Virus record (IMG/VR): IMGVR_UViG_3300050821_011071
From: an uncultured virus (IMG/VR IMGVR_UViG_3300050821_011071)
Lineage: Duplodnaviria > Heunggongvirae > Uroviricota > Caudoviricetes
Length of the DNA: 20,000 bases
Reading direction: 5' to 3' (one strand)
Shown here: one piece after another, positions 6,542-15,142 of the stretch
How positions within the stretch are numbered: the first letter of the stretch is position 1
How the letters are laid out: each line of letters opens with the position of its first letter
Translations under genes and position numbers: made by a program
Notes under the pieces: generated by a model
Databases searched by the model: none
What the model saw: the letters and a program-made list of their open reading frames with translations, nothing else
What the model was told of the DNA's origin: nothing

Positions 6542-7633
6542 CTATTTATGGTAGAACGAATCTTCAAAACCATCAGCACCAAGTAATAAACCCGGGGCCC
6601 AACTCACCGGGCGGCTCATAATCTCGACCATATCCTCGACTCCCGGGCTAAACGGGTCATCCGGAACCAGACAGATTCCTTCGTCGTGAACGTGTCCGAC
6701 GACCGGCATGTCTTGTTCCTCGAATTCGAGGAGCTTTACCGCGAGGACATCGCGTGCAATCGCTTGCACAAGATTTTCAAAGAGCTTCCCGCCGTGAGAA
6801 GTGGTGTATCCCCAAACCCCGGTGACTTGGTCGGCTCCGGCATAAACCAGCGCGGGGCGGTACACCGGACGCTCTTCGCCGGTCTGCTGGTCTTTCTGGG
6901 TCCACGGCATCAAAGTATTTTCCATGCGCGCGTCGATGTAATGCAGGCGGCGACCGCTGGGAAGCTGCATACGCATCAAGCTGTCGCGGCCCGCTATATT
7001 GAGCTTATCGATTAGCACGCAGCCGCCGGGACCGACGCGGCGAGTTGTCGCCGGGTGGTTCGGGTCCATTACGTCAGCGACCGCGTCTTCCAACGTCTTC
7101 CAGAACGCCGGAATCTCTGCGTACGCTTCTCGGAACATCCGCACAACGAAATGGGCTTGCTCTTGGTCCATCTCGACGCCCATGTTCCACGCGTAGCCCC
7201 AAAGGCCGGTGCGGATGCGGTCGTAAACGGTCGGACACGCACAGTACTTCTTGCCGAATTGCTCTGCATCACACGTCTCGTCGTGTTCCTTGTGCCCGTG
7301 CTTCCCGCGGCCCCACTGGCCTCCGCCTAGTCGATAGATAGCGCCGAGCACGCCGGGCTTCGCGGTCTGACGTTTCTTTTTGGCTTCAATTTGCGCGGCT
7401 TCGCCGTTCTTGTCCTTGTAATCGGCCCAAAGTTTTTCGTACGGGATTCCGTACATCTTACCAGCGAAATCCAAATATGGGTCTTTACCGTTCGGATAAA
7501 AGACACCGAAGGGGTCGGTGAACGGTTCGAAAACATTCATGAGCGGACCACAATCCGCTAACCAAGCACCCACACGGGTCTCAATTGCATTCAGGTCGCA
7601 GACATTGAAGCGTTGAATCACTTTAAAATCCAT
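6542..7633 (-). CDS. polA: DNA polymerase family A, C-terminal part (motifs A, B, C)
   Basis: Motif A VCDLNAIETRV, motif B RQTAKPGVLGAIY, GGKLFENLVQAIARD, and motif C HVHDE. Alternative GTG start at 7621. Confidence 0.92.
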   Translation of the reverse strand: MDFKVIQRFNVCDLNAIETRVGAWLADCGPLMNVFEPFTDPFGVFYPNGKDPYLDFAGKMYGIPYEKLWADYKDKNGEAAQIEAKKKRQTAKPGVLGAIYRLGGGQWGRGKHGHKEHDETCDAEQFGKKYCACPTVYDRIRTGLWGYAWNMGVEMDQEQAHFVVRMFREAYAEIPAFWKTLEDAVADVMDPNHPATTRRVGPGGCVLIDKLNIAGRDSLMRMQLPSGRRLHYIDARMENTLMPWTQKDQQTGEERPVYRPALVYAGADQVTGVWGYTTSHGGKLFENLVQAIARDVLAVKLLEFEEQDMPVVGHVHDEGICLVPDDPFSPGVEDMVEIMSRPVSWAPGLLLGADGFEDSFYHK

Positions 7634-7782
7634 CCTTCTTTGTGCTCATCCGTCAGTTCTTCGAATACGTGCGCTGGGTCATCCTTCGTCATAGCCGAGC
7701 GAGTCCAGCGCCAGTATGTGCCGCGCCAGTAATACAAAAGCTCGTTCACTTTATAACCTATAAATGTGAATTCTTCTTTCAT
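7618..7782 (-). CDS. Small hypothetical protein (54 aa) inserted between the polymerase halves
   Basis: ATG at 7782 overlaps the stop of the N-half (ATGA). Its TGA overlaps the in-frame GTG of the C-half (GTGA). Confidence 0.55.
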   Translation of the reverse strand: MKEEFTFIGYKVNELLYYWRGTYWRWTRSAMTKDDPAHVFEELTDEHKEGWILK

Positions 7783-9014
7783 GCGACTCTCGGTGCGACG
7801 AACACGGTGCGGATGCAATTCTTGATAACAAGCAACACGCTGCCCGGCTTCCCGGTCTTTTCGTCTTTGAAGCGCTCTTTGATGCCCTCATAATCCTCTG
7901 CGTAAATCAACGCGCGAGCATCTTCCAAATTTTTTCGCTTTTCAAAAGTACCGTCAGGACGAGCAAAATTATGAAGCTGGACAGCGTTACCAGACCAACG
8001 ACCACAACGGGAAGAACCCATAAATATAAACTGATTCCGTAATCTACCATCTGGGCACACCTGTCTCAAGATTGCAGCCAGTTTTGTATAACTGGTGCTC
8101 GCGGCCTCGCGGCGCGCTTTCAAAACTTCTCGGCACTCTGGGGTAATCTTGGTCTCGGGGTCTTTCAAGACCGCGTCGACCGTTTCTTTGCGCAGCGTAT
8201 TGAACAAGTAGCCGCGCGCTCTCACCCACGGCAAAAGTTGCGCCTGACTATTCGCGTTCTCTAACCCGGTGAGTTTGTTTTGGCGGTCGAGGGCTTCTTT
8301 CTTGGCCCGGAGAGCAAGTCGTAAAGCCTTTTGTACAAAATCCACGTCAACAGGCATTCCGCGGTCGTTGACTCTCTGGTCAAATACCCAAAGTTTTCTC
8401 TCAAAAGGAGGGAGAGGGAGGGCCCCGAGAATCTCCATTCGTCGGCTAATTTCTTCTTCGGTGGTAACATCTTGTGCTCCATATTCGCAAAATTCTTTCC
8501 ACTCTTTGGGGTGTGAAGTCCAGTCGTTGAAATAGACTCCGCCACCTTCTTTTTTCTTGCGAGTCTTGGGCAACGAGAATAAATCAATCAGCGCTTCGCC
8601 GCGCTTGTCCTTGCGAAGATTTGCGGGCAAATCGAGAACGTCGCCAACCTCCTCCAAGCTCGCGGGCATCGAAAGATATCGCGCACCGACTTGAGGGTCT
8701 AAGAATTTAGAGGCAGGAATTGTGATGCCGACTTTGAATTGCGTTATGTAGCGCTCAAAAGCAGAGTTGAACGCAGAGAAGTAGTAGTCCGAGCTTGGGT
8801 CTGCGATTACTCGAAGAATTGAGCCTAGGGGGTCTGGTAGTTCTGGGTGGATGTGAGGGAACCACTGGTCGACAAAATTGGTCCCGTGAACCTTATATGA
8901 GAGCATAAGAATACCGGTTTCCGGGTGATTAGCGTAATTGTAAAGACCAACGGAGTTCTTGCCGCTAAGTTCTGCGGTGCCTTTGGTCTCGTAATCGCCT
9001 CTCAGTATTCTCAT
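7779..9014 (-). CDS. polA: DNA polymerase family A, N-terminal part (3'-5' exonuclease, thumb, start of palm)
   Basis: Exo motifs DYET, AFNSAFE and YGAQDV; also VNDRGMPVD, RCGRWSG..VQLHN, and IRTVFVAP. ATG at 9014 overlaps the primase stop. Confidence 0.92.
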   Translation of the reverse strand: MRILRGDYETKGTAELSGKNSVGLYNYANHPETGILMLSYKVHGTNFVDQWFPHIHPELPDPLGSILRVIADPSSDYYFSAFNSAFERYITQFKVGITIPASKFLDPQVGARYLSMPASLEEVGDVLDLPANLRKDKRGEALIDLFSLPKTRKKKEGGGVYFNDWTSHPKEWKEFCEYGAQDVTTEEEISRRMEILGALPLPPFERKLWVFDQRVNDRGMPVDVDFVQKALRLALRAKKEALDRQNKLTGLENANSQAQLLPWVRARGYLFNTLRKETVDAVLKDPETKITPECREVLKARREAASTSYTKLAAILRQVCPDGRLRNQFIFMGSSRCGRWSGNAVQLHNFARPDGTFEKRKNLEDARALIYAEDYEGIKERFKDEKTGKPGSVLLVIKNCIRTVFVAPRVA

Positions 9015-11005
9015 TCGTCCTCTTGCTTCACTAGCCCGGTCATTCGGGTGTCGCGCTTGCCGGGGGTTCGGCTCTCGAAGAACTCGCAAACAATTTCGGC
9101 CCTAATGAGCCCTTTGTATGCGCGGTCCCACTCAAACATACCGTAACGCTGATAATCCAAATTCTTGCAAAGCGCCCGATAAGACATCTTACCACAGTTT
9201 TGCTGAAGTTCGCGAATGATTTCTTTTTGAAGGCGGCCTTCTTTGCTGTCTGCCTCGATTGGAGACAGGAACGCTGCGGCCTGATTGCGGTAATTCACAA
9301 GCGCGATAGCACGTTCAACATGTTCATCGTCAATGACAGATGCGCCCGTATCGATGGCAAAATACACAGCCAGCTTTTGAGCCAAGTCTATCGAGCGCGG
9401 GTCCATTCCAACGACTTTCTTAGCAAAAGTTTCCGGGGATTCGAATTCGAACTTCCCTTGATTAATAGCTTTGTCAACGAGCTGTCGTGTACGAACGGCG
9501 CGTTCTACATAGTTTGGGTCTTGGTATGGCGCGGCTGGTTTCGGCTTCTCCGGGCTGACCACGAAGAACATGCGGTCTTCCAATCCAGAGCTAATACCGG
9601 CCAACTTCGGCCAATGGCGGTTGAATCCGCGGTCTGTAGTCGCCCACAGCCACCCGAAACAATAATCGCCTGATTGAAAACTAAACGCGTTCTTGGGATT
9701 GGTGGTGTTGTTGCCAAATAACGCGGAGCCGTACCAACTCAACAAGTCGCTTGAGAATGAGGAACTATCAATCCCGGCCTTTGCTACAAATTTTCCCAAT
9801 TCGTCGTTGAACAAGATGGCGTGCTTCGCGTTCAATCTCTGCATCTGAATCCCGAGACCTTCCGGACTCCCCGCTTGCGAAACAGCGATTCTATTATCTG
9901 CACTTTTCGAGTCACGTCCTGCGGAGAATAGCATTCCGATGAATGTGAAATAATCCATAGCCAACGCGCAGCTCGTGGATTTGAAAAAGCTCCCGTAGGG
10001 TGAAATCAGTCCCACGAAGATATTTAAATTTGAAGGACGGATGCCGACTGTGATGTGCCCGGACAAGTAATTCAACATTATTTGAATTGCAGGCATCGCG
10101 ATGAACTCAGCATGCTTTGAGCTAGTTGCAATAGCGGGCTCAATAAGATTCTCGTAAATCGATGTACCTTTCAAAGCCCAGATAGGAAACTCAGGTCGTG
10201 TCGCAGCGGTATTCGTATCAATCTCGGGAGGCGGAGCCAACGATACCGCAGTCTGAGAAGCTTGAGTGAAAAGGAGTTCGGTTGGTCTGCCTTCCTCGAA
10301 ATTACAAATCGAGTGGGCCATTGTGTCGACCTTGGTCCAGTCGATTGGGCCTTCGCAGTTCTTATCGACCAATTCACGAAGAGCCACGCGAATAGCTTCT
10401 TCCCCGAGGCCTTTGGCTCGCAAGCTTCCGGCTTGGGCCAGCATCCAGTTATGGATTTGACCTCGTGGGACCTGCCCAGCCGCGTTACGAACGACTTCCT
10501 TATGAGTAGAACCTTTAGAAGAACGTAGACGAGAAAGCAAATCCGCGGGAAGTGGGGCAATCGCAGCTCTGTGCGCAACTGAGTATTCAGGACCGTCCGG
10601 GTGAATTGAAAATGCAGACAGCACGTACCCGCCCGTAGATTTGATTTCTCCTACGTGCTCATCCTTGAAAAACATGTTGCCTTGTTCGGACGCGCCTGTG
10701 AAATAAACGTGCGTGCCGCGGCTAGTGTTAACGAGCAAGGTCTCGGGGAGATTTAATTCGGCGGGCGGTTTGCCGTGGTCAAAATCAAGAACAGTTAGAT
10801 TGCTGCGTCCAAGGTCGATACCAACATTTGCGCGCGGAGCTTTGGCCCACCATTCACGAATCTGATTAGAGTCGTTTGAAGAAGAATTGAATCCGTTCGG
10901 AGCGAGCTCTGAGTGAGGCTTTTTGGTTTTCTCGAAGAGAGGGAACACGTACCAGCCCTTATCCAGACAAACTAGTGCAGCCGTCAATTGATTGGACTGG
11001 GTCAT
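9011..11005 (-). CDS. Prim-Pol (bifunctional primase/polymerase) fused to a PriCT-like region and a DUF3987/helicase-like C-terminal domain
   Basis: WYVFPL..KKP, IREWW...PRANVGI, VLDFD, TSRGTHVYF, GGYVL..SIHPDG. C-terminal GSFFKSTS and ILFNDELG. Confidence 0.85.
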   Translation of the reverse strand: MTQSNQLTAALVCLDKGWYVFPLFEKTKKPHSELAPNGFNSSSNDSNQIREWWAKAPRANVGIDLGRSNLTVLDFDHGKPPAELNLPETLLVNTSRGTHVYFTGASEQGNMFFKDEHVGEIKSTGGYVLSAFSIHPDGPEYSVAHRAAIAPLPADLLSRLRSSKGSTHKEVVRNAAGQVPRGQIHNWMLAQAGSLRAKGLGEEAIRVALRELVDKNCEGPIDWTKVDTMAHSICNFEEGRPTELLFTQASQTAVSLAPPPEIDTNTAATRPEFPIWALKGTSIYENLIEPAIATSSKHAEFIAMPAIQIMLNYLSGHITVGIRPSNLNIFVGLISPYGSFFKSTSCALAMDYFTFIGMLFSAGRDSKSADNRIAVSQAGSPEGLGIQMQRLNAKHAILFNDELGKFVAKAGIDSSSFSSDLLSWYGSALFGNNTTNPKNAFSFQSGDYCFGWLWATTDRGFNRHWPKLAGISSGLEDRMFFVVSPEKPKPAAPYQDPNYVERAVRTRQLVDKAINQGKFEFESPETFAKKVVGMDPRSIDLAQKLAVYFAIDTGASVIDDEHVERAIALVNYRNQAAAFLSPIEADSKEGRLQKEIIRELQQNCGKMSYRALCKNLDYQRYGMFEWDRAYKGLIRAEIVCEFFESRTPGKRDTRMTGLVKQEDE

Positions 11006-11020
11006 CTTCCCTCGAATAAA

Positions 11021-11049
11021 ATTATAGGGCGTCTCTCCGCCCTTGTCAA
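11021..11049 (-). promoter_or_regulatory. Perfect consensus sigma70 promoter TTGACA-N17-TATAAT whose spacer is an inverted repeat
   Basis: Minus strand reads TTGACA AGGGCGGAGAGACGCCC TATAAT, upstream of the primase RBS (GAGGG) and ATG at 11005. Confidence 0.85.
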
Positions 11050-11088
11050 GCCTGTTCGTCGGCTTTCACGCGCCCTGTAGGAGGTTTA

Positions 11089-11682
11089 TTAGAATTGAAC
11101 GTTATTGCTTGCTGGCGGTTGACCGACCGGCTGTCCCGCTGGTTGAGCCGGGGGCTGCGAGTAGGTTGCAACCGGTTGTCCGTTCGGGCCCGCTTGGACC
11201 TTCGGACGGTCCTTCGCACGCACGAAGCCCGTAGGCGTCGGAGGAATCGGCTGCCCGGGGCCGAGAGGCATGATGCCTACGATGTTGACGTAGAAATCGC
11301 CTTGCTTCTCCGGGTTCGGTTCCTTCGTCAGCATCAAGCCATTCGCGCGCCCAAGCAAAAGCTGCTCTAGTTGCGCGGTCGACGTGATGAGAGGCGGCTG
11401 GCCGCCGAGGATTCCGTAAATAATCTTGAACAGATTACGGAAGAAAGGCTGGGTCGACTTCTCTTGAATTGTTGCGGTCACGTACGCAGTGGCCTGAAAT
11501 GGCTGTCCCTCCGGGTCCAAGTACTGCTGACCGTTCATCTGCGTGATGGTCCAAACAATCATCACTTTGTTCTTTGGGCCGTACTTGGTAACGACTCCCG
11601 GCTTCTCGACGATGTCGATGATTTTGCCAAGATACATACCAGCTTCCGGCTTGTAAAATACTTTACCTTGTCCGATTTCCAT
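11089..11682 (-). CDS. Putative phage ssDNA-binding protein
   Basis: Beta-rich N-domain (PEAGMYLGKIIDI) and a Pro/Gln-rich tail ending in Phe, located next to primase. The function is inferred. Confidence 0.5.
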   Translation of the reverse strand: MEIGQGKVFYKPEAGMYLGKIIDIVEKPGVVTKYGPKNKVMIVWTITQMNGQQYLDPEGQPFQATAYVTATIQEKSTQPFFRNLFKIIYGILGGQPPLITSTAQLEQLLLGRANGLMLTKEPNPEKQGDFYVNIVGIMPLGPGQPIPPTPTGFVRAKDRPKVQAGPNGQPVATYSQPPAQPAGQPVGQPPASNNVQF

Positions 11683-11713
11683 GATTTATCCTTCGCCCGT
11701 AGGCTTTTTGATT

Positions 11714-12442
11714 TTATCCTTTGAGTTGTTCTATCGTTACTGATTTGTCGAGCACGGATATTTGAAACGGAACTCGATTAGCAAGTTCCTGAACATCCGT
11801 TTCCTTCACCGCTTTCCACCAGAACCCAAATGGTGCCGGGGCCCAGCGGAATTTGTACTTCTTATTCTCCGAGTTCGTATTTGTTCTAGGCGCGTGGCTT
11901 TGAACGATTACAGTCGGAATCTTTGCGCGCGCTACAATCGTATCTATGTCGTAGCTCATCGCGAGCTTCATTGTGGCTTGTGCGTCGTTTAGTGCGCTGT
12001 GTTGCTCCGGGTTGACAAAGCCCTTTTTCGCACACATTGTGATAAGTTGCTCGCCTTCGACGCTCGGGATATCTTCCATTGTGTCGACGAGAAGAACCGG
12101 CGGAAGCTGAGCGCCCAGTCTCTTCGCCCAGTTCTCGATTATAGGCCAATCGAAATAACGAATGTTGTGGCCGATGACGGCGTCCGCTTGTTTTACGAAC
12201 TCAATCAGAGTATTGAGTGCGTCCGCTGGGTCATACCCGAAGTGGTCAACTGCGGCTTGAGTGATGCCTGTAATGCCGGTAATCTCGGCAGTCACTGCGA
12301 CACCATCACTTTGCACCAACTGACCGACGCTGTCAAGATATTTCTTCTGTCCGGTCGAATAAAGGCATACACCTAGTTCGATGACGCGGTCGTTTACCTT
12401 GTCGAGTCCGGTTGTTTCTACGTCAAGAGGTGCAAGTATCAC
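11714..12442 (-). CDS. DEDDh 3'-5' exonuclease (DnaQ/epsilon-like)
   Basis: LDVETTG, GHNIRYFD and HSALNDA. Confidence 0.92.
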   Translation of the reverse strand: MILAPLDVETTGLDKVNDRVIELGVCLYSTGQKKYLDSVGQLVQSDGVAVTAEITGITGITQAAVDHFGYDPADALNTLIEFVKQADAVIGHNIRYFDWPIIENWAKRLGAQLPPVLLVDTMEDIPSVEGEQLITMCAKKGFVNPEQHSALNDAQATMKLAMSYDIDTIVARAKIPTVIVQSHAPRTNTNSENKKYKFRWAPAPFGFWWKAVKETDVQELANRVPFQISVLDKSVTIEQLKG

Positions 12443-12933
12443 GATTTCTCTTCCTTGTGCTTAGCGCCTTTAATCGGGTTATCCGGTTGCCCGAAAACAA
12501 AAGGGTCGTATGTTGTCTTGGGTGCTACAGCGTGCGGGTTGCCGAGCTCAACTTTACCGTTTGGTTTTGGATTGAGCATAACTTCGGAACTTGAGGGTGT
12601 GTTAGACGAACAGTTAACCATCTTCATTCCTTCCGCCCACTTAAAACGAAACTCTGGCAAATTCCAAACTTCCCACCCGCAAGACAAACATTTAATTCTT
12701 TTCCTCCCATCGATGAAAGTATGCAAACTGATATTGAAATCTACCCTCGGGCCGCGGGGATAGCCAAGAGCACCTTTCAAATGCCGACAGCGCTGCTGAC
12801 GAGATATTTCTGTAGGCGTAAAAGTGCGCGACAACCAGTACGGCGTAGGTTTGGCGTAACCGAGACCGGTAACACGTAAAAACCAATACCAAATACTCAA
12901 GAGAAAAACTTCTATTCTTTTTGATGTTCTCAT
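12439..12933 (-). CDS. Hypothetical protein, hydrophobic N-terminus and Cys/His motif
   Basis: CRH...CLSCG. Overlaps both neighbours by coupled start/stop codons. Confidence 0.65.
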   Translation of the reverse strand: MRTSKRIEVFLLSIWYWFLRVTGLGYAKPTPYWLSRTFTPTEISRQQRCRHLKGALGYPRGPRVDFNISLHTFIDGRKRIKCLSCGWEVWNLPEFRFKWAEGMKMVNCSSNTPSSSEVMLNPKPNGKVELGNPHAVAPKTTYDPFVFGQPDNPIKGAKHKEEKS

Positions 12934-13319
12934 TAATGTTTAACCGCTTCCTTCCCATCCGTATTCGTTAATACACCGCCCTCGATATGCGGGGTCTCGC
13001 CAGTCAGTCGCTTGTGCTCGGCGGTGATGGCACAAATCATATTGTGAAATATGAAGATGCGGCCCATGTCAACAATGGCGGGATTCTCTAATGCGCTCGG
13101 GTCAACCCTTAACGCAACACCTACCCGAGGCATGCCGTTCGGGAAATTCAAGTACTGAACCGACTCCCGGTTGACTGCCTCGACTAACATTTCTTTGCTC
13201 CCGTCCGTCGCGACGTGCTTCATATCGGTCATCTTCACGGGAATCCCGAGCAAGGCCGCACGAAGGGGGTCTAAGTGAAACGTGTACGTAATCAGGTACT
13301 CTACGTGATTCTCCGCCAT
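12933..13319 (-). CDS. Hypothetical protein (128 aa)
   Basis: GAGGGG RBS and operon spacing. Confidence 0.7.
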   Translation of the reverse strand: MAENHVEYLITYTFHLDPLRAALLGIPVKMTDMKHVATDGSKEMLVEAVNRESVQYLNFPNGMPRVGVALRVDPSALENPAIVDMGRIFIFHNMICAITAEHKRLTGETPHIEGGVLTNTDGKEAVKH

Positions 13320-13328
13320 TATCCCCTC

Positions 13329-13526
13329 TTAGAAAACGTCGATTATTCCTTCGAACTCTACCGCAGTTACTCGGTACTGAACGTAACCGTTCTTTTTGAG
13401 CCAGCGAACAGCCTTGTCTGTGGCTTGGGTTGCAGATTTTGCCAGAATCAAAAGAGAGCCTTCTGGTAATGCGTAACCGCGGCCTTTGTCATTTCGTGCT
13501 TCTACTTTCCAAAGTTTATCGCTCAT
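13329..13526 (-). CDS. Hypothetical protein (65 aa)
   Basis: ATGA overlap with the upstream gene. Confidence 0.65.
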   Translation of the reverse strand: MSDKLWKVEARNDKGRGYALPEGSLLILAKSATQATDKAVRWLKKNGYVQYRVTAVEFEGIIDVF

Positions 13527-13900
13527 CCCAGCACCACCGGTCCTTGTCCTGACTTCAAAGCGTTTGTGGCTTCTTCAGCACGCTTGGCTGCCGCAGCGGC
13601 TGCTGCTACTTGCTCCGCGTTAACGCCGGGACCGCTAACGATGCGCTTCGGCTCGGGAAGATTATGCACACCTAGTCCGGTGCCCTTGACCTCACAGGCA
13701 TCCGAACAATACAGAAACACGAGCTTGTTAGGATTCTGCGGGTCTTGGAGCAAGGGCTGCACTAGCCGCGCGGTCTTCGTCCATGCGTTTTCGGGCAAGG
13801 TTAAAGTTTGACGCGCTTGACCAGTCTCGTAGGTCACGGTGTTCTTACAATCCGGACCGTTACAAGTGATGGTTTCATAAACTATTTGATTGATAGACAT
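13523..13900 (-). CDS. Hypothetical protein with probable Zn finger
   Basis: CNGPDC...YCSDAC and an AGGAG RBS. Confidence 0.7.
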   Translation of the reverse strand: MSINQIVYETITCNGPDCKNTVTYETGQARQTLTLPENAWTKTARLVQPLLQDPQNPNKLVFLYCSDACEVKGTGLGVHNLPEPKRIVSGPGVNAEQVAAAAAAAKRAEEATNALKSGQGPVVLG

Positions 13901-13908
13901 TGAGTCTC

Positions 13909-14442
13909 CTATTTTTGTAGCTGAAAAAATCTTTCTAAGTACAAACGCTTGTTGTCATAGAACGAAGTCTCGACAATCTTAACATCAGCTTCTTCTTGCG
14001 TCTCGCTCCACTTATGTCCCCAAGTTACACCGAACATGAGCTGAGCTTTTTCTGCATACAGCATCGCATTATCGACACGCTTTACTTGAGCTGGTTCGTG
14101 CTCTGAGATGCCGAAAACGTGAGCAATAACTTTCCAAATCTTTGCTTCGACTTTGCGGTACTCGTCGCCTGCCAAACTAAAATGTTTCAAAGGGCGGTTC
14201 ATATCGCCGATGTAGCTTTCTGCCGCGTCGTGCAAAAGAAAGTCTAGCGCAAGCTCCGGTTCAACTATGTAACTTCCGATGCGCTCGTGCTGAGTAACCG
14301 GATACGGGAATCGGCAATGACCTGTGAATCGATTCATCTGACTACCAGCGTGTGCGATATCCTCGATGCAAACCATGTCGGGTTGCGGGTCGAGAACATC
14401 GAACTTCAAGCCAGTAAATGTTTCAATCCACACTGTGCTCAT
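13909..14442 (-). CDS. HD-domain phosphohydrolase (YfbR-like 5'-deoxynucleotidase)
   Basis: IEDIAH..SQMNRFTGH..YPVTQH, LLHDAAESYIGD and VDNAML. Confidence 0.88.
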   Translation of the reverse strand: MSTVWIETFTGLKFDVLDPQPDMVCIEDIAHAGSQMNRFTGHCRFPYPVTQHERIGSYIVEPELALDFLLHDAAESYIGDMNRPLKHFSLAGDEYRKVEAKIWKVIAHVFGISEHEPAQVKRVDNAMLYAEKAQLMFGVTWGHKWSETQEEADVKIVETSFYDNKRLYLERFFQLQK

Positions 14443-14963
14443 TTTGCTCCCGCGTACTCAAGGCTGATTAGGTCCCAGTACAGCGCCAACGTTTTCACCT
14501 TGAGTTGTTCCAACGTCCCGTGATTGTCGATAACATAATCGGCCATGCCCGCGGTCACTGTGTTAGAAGTTGTTGGCTCCGGTGGGAGAATTTTGCTCCG
14601 GTCCACCCAGATGCTGTAATTAAAGAGACCTTCCTTCTTGACGGCCTCGAATTCTTCCTTGCGGCGAATGCCGACGTAAATATCGCTTACCGCGTAAATC
14701 TCGCGAGCCAAGCGAGCTTCGTCGGGCGTATTATATGCCGCGATTTGCTCAAACCATTCTTGGCGATGGTTGACACGGTCCGCGTAGCAAGTGTTCCAAT
14801 CTGGATAGACGATTCCCTTGCTTGCGAAGTACGGCATCATCACTTGCTTGCCTGCGAATTGGCTCGAATCTTCTTTCGTCAGCCCGAGGTTAGTGGACAG
14901 AATGTCAGCCACCGTGTCCTTGCCGTGTCGAGCGTAGCCGAGAATCATGAGCTTCAACTTCAC
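14439..14963 (-). CDS. Deoxynucleoside monophosphate kinase-like P-loop protein
   Basis: ILGYARHGKDTVA, VGIRRKEE and ADYVIDNHGTLEQL. Confidence 0.8.
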   Translation of the reverse strand: MKLKLMILGYARHGKDTVADILSTNLGLTKEDSSQFAGKQVMMPYFASKGIVYPDWNTCYADRVNHRQEWFEQIAAYNTPDEARLAREIYAVSDIYVGIRRKEEFEAVKKEGLFNYSIWVDRSKILPPEPTTSNTVTAGMADYVIDNHGTLEQLKVKTLALYWDLISLEYAGAK

Positions 14964-15142
14964 TCAAACACCGCCGTAATCTTGTGTTCGTCGGCCACAA
15001 TACTTCCGGGCGCACCCCACAATTCTTCGGTTGTCATGTTGCTAGCAATCGCTAAGGCGTCTGTGATTGTGTCTGCCTTGATTTTTGCTTCGAATAAAAC
15101 ATCCCTCTTCACATGGACGACGAATTCCTTCTTCTTTGCCAT
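14960..15142 (-). CDS. Hypothetical protein (~60 aa)
   Basis: ATG at 15142 in a TAATG overlap with a GGAGG RBS. Confidence 0.65.
   Translation of the reverse strand: MAKKKEFVVHVKRDVLFEAKIKADTITDALAIASNMTTEELWGAPGSIVADEHKITAVFE

Noticed and set aside
7618..7790. Intein or self-splicing intron in the polymerase
   Set aside because: No intein terminal residues (Cys/Ser start, His-Asn end). The gap is only ~150 nt with no recognisable group I/II core.
9015..9089. N-terminal extension of the polymerase ORF given in the ORF track
   Set aside because: It overlaps the primase gene. The ATG at 9014 (ATGA coupling) sits just before the DYET Exo I motif.
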